The notes under the pieces are model-generated. The model was not told where the DNA came from. It saw nothing but the letters and a program-made list of their open reading frames with translations, and made no database searches. Position numbers and translations under genes: made by a program. This document shows positions 19,416-29,014 of a stretch of DNA of 64,000 bases, one piece after another. The DNA lies in the NCBI GenBank assembly GCA_965226375.1, contig CBDDCX010000005.1, positions 256,001-320,000 of the forward strand, written 5' to 3'. This DNA is from Longimicrobiales bacterium (GTDB taxonomy: Bacteria; Gemmatimonadota; Gemmatimonadetes; Longimicrobiales; Gaopeijiaceae). The stretch's first letter is position 1; every line of letters starts with the position of its first letter.

Positions 19416-20594
19416 GTGATGATGAAGCGTACCTGGTTGATCCTCACGGTGGGACTGATGGCTGCGAGCGCCCTCCACGCTCAGGACGAGCACATGGCTA
19501 AGGCCCGCCGGGTGTTGGACGCCATGCCGCTCTTCGACGGTCATAACGACCTGCCCTGGGCCATCCGAGAGAATGAAAGCGCACCTCTCGACGTGGCGGC
19601 CTACGACCTTCGACGTACGACTTCGGGTCACACGGACATCGCGCGGCTACGCGAGGGCATGGTGGGCGCGCAGTTCTGGTCGGTGTACATCCCCATGGAG
19701 TCGGTGGATGAGGGAGCCGCTCGCTTCCAGCTCGAGCAAATCGACATCGCCAGGCAGGTCATCCGGAAGTATCCGGACGTGTTCGAACAGGGGTACACGG
19801 TCTCGGACGTAGAGCGGATCTACGGCGAAGGGAAGGTCGCTTCGGTGCTCGGAATGGAAGGCGGGCATGCCATCGAGAATTCCTTGGGAGCGCTCCGGGC
19901 CTACTTCGATCTGGGCGTCCGCTACATGACGTTGACCCATTCTGGGAACAATGACTGGGCCGACTCCGCGACGGACGATGCGGAGCATGGTGGCCTGACA
20001 GAGTTCGGCAAGGAAGTCATCCGCGAGATGAATCGCCTGGGTATGCTCGCGGACCTGTCCCATACGTCGCCGGAGACCATGAACGACGTGCTTGATGTGG
20101 CCGAGGCTCCAGTCATCTATTCGCACTCATCGGCTCAGGCCCTGACCAATCACCTGCGCAACGTGCCGGACCAGGTACTGCGCCGGCTTCCAGAGAACGG
20201 CGGGGTCGTCATGGTCACGTTCGTGCCCTCGTTCGTTTCCGAGGCCAATCGCACCCACTCGGGGCCGGGGGACGCACCGAAAGCCACCCTGGCCGACGTG
20301 GCGGATCACATCGAGCACATCCGAGACGTATCAGGCGTCGACCACGTGGGCATCGGGTCCGACTTCGACGGCATCGGGGACACGCCGGTGGGACTGGAGG
20401 ACGTGTCTACCTTCCCGGTCTTGTTCGCCGAACTGTCCCGCCGCGGGTGGAGTGAGGGAGACTTGTCCAAGCTCGCCGGTGGCAATGTTCTGAGGGCGTG
20501 GAAAGAGGCGGAGTCCGCAGCCAGCAGAATCCAGAGGACCCGAGGACCCTCAGTCAAGACCATCGAAGAGCTGGACGGTCGCCCGATCTCCTAG
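19416..20594 (+). CDS. Membrane dipeptidase (peptidase M19)
   Basis: DGHNDLP, GMEGGH, YMTLTH, DLSH, YSHS, GIGSDFDG. Confidence 0.92.
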   Translation: MMMKRTWLILTVGLMAASALHAQDEHMAKARRVLDAMPLFDGHNDLPWAIRENESAPLDVAAYDLRRTTSGHTDIARLREGMVGAQFWSVYIPMESVDEGAARFQLEQIDIARQVIRKYPDVFEQGYTVSDVERIYGEGKVASVLGMEGGHAIENSLGALRAYFDLGVRYMTLTHSGNNDWADSATDDAEHGGLTEFGKEVIREMNRLGMLADLSHTSPETMNDVLDVAEAPVIYSHSSAQALTNHLRNVPDQVLRRLPENGGVVMVTFVPSFVSEANRTHSGPGDAPKATLADVADHIEHIRDVSGVDHVGIGSDFDGIGDTPVGLEDVSTFPVLFAELSRRGWSEGDLSKLAGGNVLRAWKEAESAASRIQRTRGPSVKTIEELDGRPIS

Positions 20595-20775
20595 TGTGGT
20601 GTTACAGAGGTTCGCTCGAATGGCCGAGACACTTCTGACTCAGGACACGAGGTAGGAGCGAAGGGCCGGCGCCGTTAGGATCTTCTAGGCGGATTTCCGG
20701 CCGCCTCCCTGTTCCGCTCCCGTAGTGCTCAGCGTGGAATTCGACACGCGCTGAACCCCCTGACGACCAAGATCC

Positions 20776-21710
20776 ATGTACGACGCCCGTGAACACAGCC
20801 TGTGGGGCGACCTCAAAGAGTCGCTGCGCGGGACGAACCAGGACTTCACCGAAGGACCCATCGGCCGTGCCATCTTGTTGCTGGCCGTGCCCATGATTCT
20901 CGAGATGGTTATGGAGTCCGTGTTCGCGGTGGTGGACATCTTTTGGGTGTCCAGGCTCGGGGCCGAGGCCATCGCCGGGGTGGGGCTCACAGAGTCCCTT
21001 CTGACACTGGTCTATACGGTGGCCGTGGGTCTCAGCATCGGTGTCACGGCCATGGTTGCCCGTCGCACCGGCGAAAAGGACCCCGAGGCGGCGTCCCGCA
21101 CCACTGCACAGTCCATTCTGCTGGGCCTCGCAGTGGCCGTGGTGTTGGGCGTGATCGGAGCCCTGAACGCACCCCGCTTCCTGGGATGGATGGGTGGCAG
21201 CGAGGACGTGATAGCCGCGGGATCGAGCTATGCGACCATCATGCTCGGCTCCAACGGCGTGATTCTTCTGCTCTTCCTGATCAATGCCGGGTTCAGGGGC
21301 GCGGGCGACGCTACGATCGCGATGCGCGTCCTTTGGATCGCCAACACCATCAACCTGATTCTGGATCCGCTGCTCATATTCGGGATCGGTCCGTTTCCCG
21401 AGCTCGGGGTGGCAGGAGCGGCCGTCTCGACCGTGATCGGGCGGGGCACGGCGGTGTGCATCCAGCTGGTCACCCTGTTCAGCGGGATCGGACGGGTGAC
21501 CGTAACCTGGGCCCATCTGCGCCCGGACTACCACATCATGTGGAGACTCGTACGGCTGTCCGGCTCGGCCACCTTCCAGACGTTCATCGGGACCGCTTCG
21601 TGGATCAGCCTCATGAGGATACTAGCCATCTTCGGCAGCGCGGCCTTGGCTGGCTACACCATCGCCATCCGCGTCGTGCTGTTCGCGCTGTTACCCGCCT
21701 GGGGCATGAC
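20776..21710 (+). pseudogene. MATE efflux transporter, 3'-truncated
   Basis: MATE motifs (TEGPIGRAILLLAVP, FRGAGDA, LGVAGAA) continue to LLPAWGM, then unrelated sequence; the final TM helices are missing. Confidence 0.75.
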
Positions 21711-21727
21711 GGGGGCGGGTCGCGGCG

Positions 21728-22459
21728 TCACCTCTGATCCGATCCTTCGTCCCTGGAGGCCGTCTCTTCGGTCGCCTTCTGCTTCGTCGCCCAGTCGTCC
21801 ATGGGTACCACTATGGCGGTCATCGGACCGCTGGCCCAGTCCAAGTGGGGCAGGCCGCTCCACCGCGCCGCCTCCCCGGCTTCATCGCTAAAGCCGAGGG
21901 CGGCGTGCGTAGCGTACGGAGCCGCCACCTTCACCTGCGGCCGCAGCGCCCAGTCATCCCCCTCGGGGTTATGCCGGTAACCGTTGCTGGAGAGCATGTA
22001 CGTGATGCCCCCGGCCCGCGGTGTACGCAGCTCGCCGCTCACGAAGCCCTGACCGATGGCCGCCATGATCTCGTCTTGCGTCTTGCCCTGGGAGCGCAGC
22101 CTCTCCCGCATGCTGGCCACCTTGAAGGACGACACGCTGCCGCCCCAATCGTGACAGGTCGGAATCACGCTCTGCCCGCCCATTCCCCGATCGACGTAGC
22201 AGGAGAAGCCGTTGGTGCCCGTGCGTGCCTCCTCATAACCCCAGTTGCCGAGCACGAATACGGTCGCTCCGAGTGAGACCTCCCGGGGTGCCGCGCTCAG
22301 GGCGAGGTCCATCTCTTCGACGGGATCCAGCCAGACCGCCTTCGCCACGTCCGGACGGCTCCACTCGCTCTCAGCTGCCTGCTCCTGTGCCGCCGCGGAA
22401 GCTGCCAAAACTCCAGTCAACGCCAGCCCGCAAACCAGTCCACTCCACTTTCCTCGCAT
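21728..22459 (-). CDS. Secreted hypothetical protein
   Basis: Signal peptide ending AAA-Q; ALSAAP, GTNGFSC, PTC and YMLS motifs of an uncharacterised secreted family. Confidence 0.7.
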   Translation of the reverse strand: MRGKWSGLVCGLALTGVLAASAAAQEQAAESEWSRPDVAKAVWLDPVEEMDLALSAAPREVSLGATVFVLGNWGYEEARTGTNGFSCYVDRGMGGQSVIPTCHDWGGSVSSFKVASMRERLRSQGKTQDEIMAAIGQGFVSGELRTPRAGGITYMLSSNGYRHNPEGDDWALRPQVKVAAPYATHAALGFSDEAGEAARWSGLPHLDWASGPMTAIVVPMDDWATKQKATEETASRDEGSDQR

Positions 22460-22609
22460 CGTCGTCTCCCTGTGTCGGATCCACGTGTGTGTCAACGAGT
22501 ACCGTGTGCGATGGGTTAGACGACGGTTGCACCCGGATTCTTCCCCGATCATGATGACGCCTCGGCCGAGAGCCACGATGCCGGGCATGACGAAGCTGGC
22601 GGAGACGAC

Positions 22610-22966
22610 ATGGACATTGTGTACATCCGTGATCTGAAGATCGAGACGATCATCGGAATCAACGACTGGGAGCGTGAGGTGCGCCAGACGGTGAGTCTCG
22701 ATCTCGAGATGGCCACCGATATCCGACGAGCCGCGGGCAGTGACGATATCTCTGATACCGTGGACTACAAGGCTGTAGCGAAGCGAATCATCGCTTTCGT
22801 CGAGGGGAGTGAGTTTCTCTTGGTTGAGAGGATGGCGGAGAGCATCTCAGACATCCTGCGTGAGGAGTTCGCGGTGACCTGGCTGCGGCTTCGAGTCGGC
22901 AAACCCGGCGCAGTCACCGGAGCCGCCGACGTAGGTGTGATCATCGAGCGCGGAGCGCGAGCGTAA
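22610..22966 (+). CDS. folB: Dihydroneopterin aldolase
   Basis: MDIVYIRDL...IIGINDWER...VDY...LVE...KPGAV. Confidence 0.92.
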   Translation: MDIVYIRDLKIETIIGINDWEREVRQTVSLDLEMATDIRRAAGSDDISDTVDYKAVAKRIIAFVEGSEFLLVERMAESISDILREEFAVTWLRLRVGKPGAVTGAADVGVIIERGARA

Positions 22967-23005
22967 ATGCCCTGGACGGAGATCTCAGTGGTCACGGGCC
23001 GGTAG

Positions 23006-23518
23006 GTGGCGCGCGCGTACATCAGCGTGGGCAGCAACGTGGACCGGGAGCGCAATGTGACGGCTGCGCTGGACGCCCTATCGGCGGTCTACGGAGAGCT
23101 CGCTCTGTCGTCGGTGTTCGAGAGCGAGTCTGTCGGTTTCGAGGGTGATCCCTTCTACAACGTGGTGGTGGGGGTGGATACGGCACAGAGCGTCGGCGAG
23201 CTCGCCAAGGCCCTGCGCTCGATCGAAGACGAAGGTGGGCGACGGCGAGACACTCCTCGGTTCAGCGCTCGAACACTCGACCTGGATCTGCTGATCTATG
23301 CGGAGGTGGCTGGTGTGATCGATGGTGTGGTACTCCCCCGCGGGGAGATCACCGAGAACGCGTTTGTTCTGAGACCTTTGGCAGAGGTTGTGGGGGGGGA
23401 GATTCACCCGATCGCGCAGCGAACGTACGCCGAGCTTTGGCGGGACTTCGATAAGGGCGAGCAGACGTTGTGGCCGGTGGATTTCGTGTGGGGCGGGGTG
23501 CGGATCTCCCGCGGTTGA
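23006..23518 (+). CDS. folK: 6-hydroxymethyl-7,8-dihydropterin pyrophosphokinase
   Basis: YISVGSN, FYNVV, RTLDLDLL, AFVLRPLAE. Confidence 0.9.
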   Translation: MARAYISVGSNVDRERNVTAALDALSAVYGELALSSVFESESVGFEGDPFYNVVVGVDTAQSVGELAKALRSIEDEGGRRRDTPRFSARTLDLDLLIYAEVAGVIDGVVLPRGEITENAFVLRPLAEVVGGEIHPIAQRTYAELWRDFDKGEQTLWPVDFVWGGVRISRG

Positions 23519-23678
23519 CCCGGATCGGGAGTCAGGTGCGCGTCTCGTCCAGCCATCCCCTCGGGTACACATCCCAACGAGATTCCCGTTGTGTTGGCAT
23601 ATGCCCTTTGTGCCGTCGAGTCGACAGTTCAGAGTGACAGGCTGCCCCTAGCGCTATCATGATGGTAGAATAGCCAAC

Positions 23679-23948
23679 ATGATGGTAACACGCACGCGTA
23701 TGGTTCGCACTCAGATCCAGTTTACCGAAGACCAACTCTCGGATTTGAAATCACAGGCCTCCGGAGAGGGCGTGTCGGTCTCCGAGCTCGTACGGAGAGC
23801 CGTTGAGGGGTGGACGATGACCGCTACCCAACCGTCCCCCGAAGAGCAGCGACAGCGTGCCCTGGCCGTGGCCGGGCGCTTTGCGTCAGGATGCACCGAC
23901 GTGGCTTCCGAGCATGACCGACACCTTCCGGAGGCGTACGGCGAGTGA
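23679..23948 (+). CDS. vapB: CopG/RHH antitoxin (VapB-like)
   Basis: MVRTQIQ...SVSELVRRAV ribbon-helix-helix, HDRHL tail; overlaps the PIN gene. Confidence 0.82.
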   Translation: MMVTRTRMVRTQIQFTEDQLSDLKSQASGEGVSVSELVRRAVEGWTMTATQPSPEEQRQRALAVAGRFASGCTDVASEHDRHLPEAYGE

Positions 23949-24352
23949 CGACTTTCGTCGATACGTCAGGGCTCTACGCGGTCCTGGATAGAGACGACCG
24001 ATGGCATCTCCGGGCGCGTGACACATGGACGGAGCTCGTAGCCGAACATGACCTCCTGATCAGCAACTACGTCCTGGTGGAGACGTTCGCGCTGGTGCAG
24101 AACCGGCTGGGAGTGGAGGCGGTGCGAGCGGTGGTCCAGGATGTGGCCCCGATTCTCAACGTGCACTCGGTGGATGAGGAGGACCACGGACGTTCCCTCG
24201 AGGCACTCCTCACCGCGAATCGGCGAGATCTGAGCCTGGTGGACTGCATGAGCTTCCACATCATGCGTAGGCACGGTATCCGAACCGTCTTCGCCTTCGA
24301 CAGGCACTTCGAAGAGCAGGGCTTTGTGACGCTCCCTGGTAGGGCTTCCTAG
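23945..24352 (+). CDS. vapC: PIN-domain toxin (VapC-like)
   Basis: FVDTS, VLVET, LSLVDCMSF, FAFDRHF. Confidence 0.9.
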   Translation: MTTFVDTSGLYAVLDRDDRWHLRARDTWTELVAEHDLLISNYVLVETFALVQNRLGVEAVRAVVQDVAPILNVHSVDEEDHGRSLEALLTANRRDLSLVDCMSFHIMRRHGIRTVFAFDRHFEEQGFVTLPGRAS

Positions 24353-24450
24353 CGCGAGTACATCGGCCACCGTGGCTGTCAGAACAGATCCGATCCTGCT
24401 GGTACCGTCCGCGACGGTTACCTAACGTTCGCGCTCAACTTTCAGCGCGG

Positions 24451-25896
24451 ATGACGGACATGCTCGATTCGACACGGTTGTGGAATGTGGTGGGTGGCGC
24501 GGCGCTCTTCCTGGGCTTGGGGCTCTCCGCCCCGCCGGCTCAAGCCCAACTCGAAATCTCCGAGCAGGATCGAGCGCTCGCTCGCGAGATCTATTCCGAC
24601 CTGATCTCGATTCCCTCCGTGTCCGATACGCATGAGACGGTCCTCGCCGCCGAGATGCTCGCCACGCGTCTGGTCGAGGGCGGGATTGCCGAGGAGGATC
24701 TCCGCGTGACCGGCCCGAACCCGGATCTGGGCAACCTGGTGATTTGGTATCGGGGTCGCTCGAACAGCCTCAGGCCCATGCTTCTGATGGCCCACCTCGA
24801 TGTCGTTCCCGCCGTGGCGGATGATTGGGGGGTGGACCCTTTCACCCTTCGCGAAGACGGTGGCTTTTTCTATGGTCGGGGCACGTCGGACAACAAAGCC
24901 GGCGCCGCCATGCTGGTGGCCAACTTGATCCGGTACAAACAGGAAGGCTTTGTGCCGGAGCGAGACATCATCGTGGTCATCACGGCCGACGAGGAGACGT
25001 CCAGCGCGAGCATCCGTTGGCTCCTCGCGACCTATCCCGACGCGGCCAACGCCGAGTTCGCGCTCAACACGGATTCGGGCGGGGGTGAGCTCCGAGACGG
25101 TGAACACGCCGTGTTCGGGCTCCAGGCCAGCGAGAAGATGTACACGACGTTCCACGTGACCACGTCGAATCCCGGGGGCCACAGCTCGCGGCCCAGGCCG
25201 GACAACGCGATCTACGACCTGGTTCACGCCTTGGCGAGGATCGAACAGCATGTGTTTCCCGTGCAGCTCGACGAGGTCACCCGCACGTACTTCCAACGGA
25301 CCGCCGAGACCAAGGACGGCCAAGAAGCGGCGGATCTGCGGGCCGTCGCCCAGGATCCGCCCGACCTGGAGGCCGCCGCGAGGCTTTCCGAAGCCTCCGA
25401 CGGCAATAACGCACTCCTGCGGACCACGTGCGTGCCAACCCGGCTGGAGTCTGGCCACGCCGACAACGCCCTGCCCCGGAGCGCCACCGCCACGGTCAAT
25501 TGTCGGATCTTCCCCGGCGTCCCGGCGGAAGAGGTGCGCGCCAAGCTCGTGGAATTGATCGACGACGAAACGGTGCAGATCACGCTCATCAACCAGCCGA
25601 GGCGGAGCCCCGCATCGGCATTGCGACCCGACCTGATGAGGCCTCTGCGTGAACTGGTTGACGAAATGTTCGGTCCTATACCCATCATCCCGAGCATGTC
25701 CACGGGCGCTACCGACGGGAACTACGTGCGCAATGCAGGGATCCCGACGTACGGGCTCTCTGCGATCTTCGGGGTGCCCGGGGAGGGACGGGCTCACGGA
25801 CTCGACGAGAGGGTTCGAGTGGAGTCGTTCTACGAGGCGCTGGAGTTCTGGTACCAGATGGTCAAGCGGCTCTCGACTCCTCAGGTGATTCCGTAG
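24451..25896 (+). CDS. Secreted M20/M25/M40 metallopeptidase
   Basis: AHLDVV, YGRGTSDNK, ADEE, GGHSS, GATD, AHGLDER. Confidence 0.9.
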   Translation: MTDMLDSTRLWNVVGGAALFLGLGLSAPPAQAQLEISEQDRALAREIYSDLISIPSVSDTHETVLAAEMLATRLVEGGIAEEDLRVTGPNPDLGNLVIWYRGRSNSLRPMLLMAHLDVVPAVADDWGVDPFTLREDGGFFYGRGTSDNKAGAAMLVANLIRYKQEGFVPERDIIVVITADEETSSASIRWLLATYPDAANAEFALNTDSGGGELRDGEHAVFGLQASEKMYTTFHVTTSNPGGHSSRPRPDNAIYDLVHALARIEQHVFPVQLDEVTRTYFQRTAETKDGQEAADLRAVAQDPPDLEAAARLSEASDGNNALLRTTCVPTRLESGHADNALPRSATATVNCRIFPGVPAEEVRAKLVELIDDETVQITLINQPRRSPASALRPDLMRPLRELVDEMFGPIPIIPSMSTGATDGNYVRNAGIPTYGLSAIFGVPGEGRAHGLDERVRVESFYEALEFWYQMVKRLSTPQVIP

Positions 25897-25912
25897 TCTC
25901 GGAGGCTCAACA

Positions 25913-26857
25913 TCATCTGCCGTGGGGCGAGACCTCGTTCAGTTCATCGATCCCGCTCCAGAACGTCCTCAGAGCCAGTGCGGTCTCACGGGGTTTTTCT
26001 ACAGGGGGAACGTGATTGCAGCCTTGTAGTAGAGTCACGCTGGCCCCGGTGTGCTGTTCAAGAACCTCTGTCTGACTGACGTGTGTCATCCGATCATCCA
26101 CGCACCACACGGCCTGAAGTGGATGAGAGATCTCCCCGAGACGACCGTCCAAGCTGAAGCGATGCGCCTCGTAGTTCTCCTTGATCGCTTGTACATGGTG
26201 GTTCGCGGATATGCGCTCATTTCTCAGATGACGCATGACCGGTCCAGGCATTTCGGGGGGTGCTTTCATGATCCAATCCCAGGAGCTGTCGAACTCCTCG
26301 CCGTTCGTGACTTCGAACGGATTCTGCCCTTGGGCCATGGCGCGATCGACCTCGCTCTCTTCAAGGCCGTGCCACCCCGTTGCGTCAATGAAGGTCAGAG
26401 ATCGAACCAGGCCCCCATCCTGCAACGTCAGTGTTCCGGCAACGTGCCCCCCCATCGATTCACCGACGACGTGGAACGGCCCACCATCATGCTCACGCAA
26501 CACATCGGCAACGACGTGCGCCATCGCTTCCGCGGTATATGTGAACGTCTCAGGACCCGTCGTGGCCCCGTGGCCGGGGAGATCTGGAACGATCAAGCCT
26601 CTTTTGTCGCCGAGCTCGGCGATCAGGCCGAAAAACATTGTCTTGTCGGCCGTGAACCCATGGAGCAGCACCACAGGTGAGATTCCCTCGCGAAAGAAAT
26701 AGCTGACTCGGTGATCTCCGGAGAGGACTGATCGTTCCTCCAGCGAGAGGTCTTCCATCGCCTGCGCATTAGATCTGGCGAGCATCGATTCGCCCAGCCG
26801 GGCACAACCGGTCATGAGCGTGGCAACGATGATAAGCATGACCTTATCGCGAAACAT
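25913..26857 (-). CDS. Alpha/beta hydrolase, probable lipoprotein esterase/lipase
   Basis: LMTGC lipobox, LLHGF, DLPGHG, GESMGG nucleophile elbow, C-terminal His. Confidence 0.82.
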   Translation of the reverse strand: MFRDKVMLIIVATLMTGCARLGESMLARSNAQAMEDLSLEERSVLSGDHRVSYFFREGISPVVLLHGFTADKTMFFGLIAELGDKRGLIVPDLPGHGATTGPETFTYTAEAMAHVVADVLREHDGGPFHVVGESMGGHVAGTLTLQDGGLVRSLTFIDATGWHGLEESEVDRAMAQGQNPFEVTNGEEFDSSWDWIMKAPPEMPGPVMRHLRNERISANHHVQAIKENYEAHRFSLDGRLGEISHPLQAVWCVDDRMTHVSQTEVLEQHTGASVTLLQGCNHVPPVEKPRETALALRTFWSGIDELNEVSPHGR

Positions 26858-27059
26858 CACGTTCTCCAGCGTAAGTACCGGACTCACAGATCCCGCCAAC
26901 CAGCAACTGTGAGGGTCCGTGCCCTGCGCCGCTAGTCATACAGCTCGCATAACGCACGGAACCCGGGATGGTCCCGCATCCTCAGACCCCTGCCCCCAAT
27001 GGAGGCTTCGTCCGGCGAGGGACTATACGAGGTCGGCCTCCGGCGAGAGGAACGTCGCG

Positions 27060-27806
27060 TCAGGTCAAGCTGCGCCCACCGTCCACCGAGATGATCTGAC
27101 CCGTGATGTATGGGGCCCGGTCGGCCAGAAACAGCAGAGTCTCCGCGATGTCCCCGGGCTCTCCCTTACGCCGGAGCGGTACCCTCTGCAGTTGCCGCTC
27201 CCTCCGCTCGCCGTCCTCCTCCTCATCGCTCTGAGGCCAAAGGATCGCGCCGGGCGCGATTCCGTTCACCCGGACCGCCGGAGCCAACTCCCGGGCCAGG
27301 GACCGCGTCAGCATGGCCAGCCCGGCCTTGGCCGTGCTGTGTACGGCATGCTCAGCCAGCGGCCTCTCGCCGTGAATGTCGATCATGTTGACGATGCTCC
27401 CCCGGTGTTGCCCGAGGGTGTCTGCCAGCGCCTGGCACAGGAAGAATGGCCCTTTGAGGTTGCTGTCGATCAGCGTGGCCCAGTCTTCCTCGGTGACGCT
27501 CCCGATGGGCGTGGGAAAGAAGCTCGACGCGTTGTTGACCAGCAGGTCCAGGCGGCCGAATAGGGCGACAACGTCACGGGCCAGCGCTTCCGCGTCGCTG
27601 CGCTCCCCGAGCATCGCCCGGAAACAGGTGACCGATCCATCTCGGACACTGTTGAGTTCTTGGGCGAGATCTTCGGCGGCGGCGCCGGAGCTGCGGTAGT
27701 GCACGGCCACGTCGTAGCCGGCCCCGTGGAGAGCTCGGCACAGCTCCGCCCCTATGCGCTGGGCCCCCCCGGTCACCAGCGCCACTTTCGAGTCTGTGTT
27801 CTGCAT
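27060..27806 (-). CDS. folM: Pteridine reductase (FolM/PTR1-like SDR)
   Basis: TGGAQRIG, VHY, NNASSF, DIH, VRVNGIAPGAILWP, VDGGR; catalytic YxxxK reads HSTAK. Confidence 0.8.
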   Translation of the reverse strand: MQNTDSKVALVTGGAQRIGAELCRALHGAGYDVAVHYRSSGAAAEDLAQELNSVRDGSVTCFRAMLGERSDAEALARDVVALFGRLDLLVNNASSFFPTPIGSVTEEDWATLIDSNLKGPFFLCQALADTLGQHRGSIVNMIDIHGERPLAEHAVHSTAKAGLAMLTRSLARELAPAVRVNGIAPGAILWPQSDEEEDGERRERQLQRVPLRRKGEPGDIAETLLFLADRAPYITGQIISVDGGRSLT

Positions 27807-27920
27807 AGTGTAGGTTCGCCTTCCACCTCACAGACACGCAACACCGGCACCGCGGTGTGAACGCTCGAACCAAAACCTGGGACCAGGGTAGCTGATCCGC
27901 TAAGTTGCCTGCCGAGTACG

Positions 27921-27960
27921 ACTTGAATCTGTGTCACTTGAATCTATGCCACTTGAATCG
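27921..27960. repeat. Three direct repeats of ACTTGAATC with 15-bp period
   Basis: Copies at 27921, 27936 and 27951 in the divergent folM/PTPS intergenic region. Confidence 0.85.
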
Positions 27961-27989
27961 CGCACGACCGAATTGCCAATGAGGAGTCC

Positions 27990-28406
27990 ATGCCCCGGGT
28001 GAGAGTCACGACGGAGCTAGAGTTCAGCGCCGCACACCGGTTGTTCAATCCCGATTGGACGGAGGAGCGCAACCAAGAGGTGTTCGGTGTGTGCGCCAAT
28101 CCCAACTGGCACGGCCACAACTACGAGCTCCACGTGACCGTGGAAGGCCCTCTCGATCCGGAGACGGGATTCGTCATCGACTTCAGGGACCTGAAATCAC
28201 TCGTGGATTCACGCGTGATCCGGGATCTCGATCACAAGAACCTGGACCTCGACGTGCCCTGGATGAAGGGGCTCATCTCCTCCGCCGAGCACCTGGTCGT
28301 CGCCATCTGGAATCGTCTCGCCGACGGCCTGCCACAGGGAGTGGAACTGAACAAGCTCATACTCTGGGAGACCCCCCGCAGCTACGTGGAATACACCGGT
28401 GAGTAG
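27990..28406 (+). CDS. 6-pyruvoyl-tetrahydropterin synthase family (CX5HGH, PTPS-II type)
   Basis: [28 protein letters not shown]. Confidence 0.88.
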   Translation: MPRVRVTTELEFSAAHRLFNPDWTEERNQEVFGVCANPNWHGHNYELHVTVEGPLDPETGFVIDFRDLKSLVDSRVIRDLDHKNLDLDVPWMKGLISSAEHLVVAIWNRLADGLPQGVELNKLILWETPRSYVEYTGE

Positions 28407-28986
28407 TGACCTGTCGGGAGCCTCGTTCGAGGATCTGGTGGCCGAGATGATCCGTCGGCTGGGCGAAGACACCGACCGCGAGGGGCTGAAGAAAACTCCC
28501 GAGAGGGTGGCCAAGTCGATGACCTTCCTGACCCAGGGGTACCAGATGTCCCCCGAGGGAGTGATCAACGGCGCCCTCTTTGAGGAATCTCATCGGAACA
28601 TGGTGATGGTGAAGGACATCGAGATGTACTCGCTCTGCGAGCATCACCTCTTGCCCTTCTTCGGTAAGGTGCACGTCGCCTACATCCCCAATGGCAAGAT
28701 CGTGGGGCTGTCCAAAACGGCTCGCCTGGTCGAGGTCTTCGCTCGTCGCCTGCAGGTGCAGGAGCGTCTGACGGAGCAGATCGTCCAGGCGTTGTGGGAC
28801 CTGGTCGAGCCCGAAGGGGCAGGGGTAGTGGTAGAGGCGTACCACCTGTGCATGATGATGCGGGGCGTCCAGAAGCAGAACTCGATGACGATCACCTCGG
28901 CCATGCGCGGCACCTTCCTCGGGGATGAGAAGACCCGTGCGGAGTTCCTCCGCCTCTGCATGGCCAACCACAGCCCGCTGTCTTAG
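28399..28986 (+). CDS. folE: GTP cyclohydrolase I
   Basis: [44 protein letters not shown]. Confidence 0.95.
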   Translation: MSSDLSGASFEDLVAEMIRRLGEDTDREGLKKTPERVAKSMTFLTQGYQMSPEGVINGALFEESHRNMVMVKDIEMYSLCEHHLLPFFGKVHVAYIPNGKIVGLSKTARLVEVFARRLQVQERLTEQIVQALWDLVEPEGAGVVVEAYHLCMMMRGVQKQNSMTITSAMRGTFLGDEKTRAEFLRLCMANHSPLS

Positions 28987-29014
28987 CTGACCTGTAAGAG
29001 GCCCGGCCTGGCCC

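Noticed and set aside
21702..22592. GGGCATGACG repeat as a target-site duplication
   Set aside because: The MATE frame does not resume after the second copy, and there are no IRs or transposase; kept only as possible microhomology
27990..28406. Calling this gene queD
   Set aside because: The active-site motif is CX5HGH rather than CX3HGH, and no queC or queE is nearby
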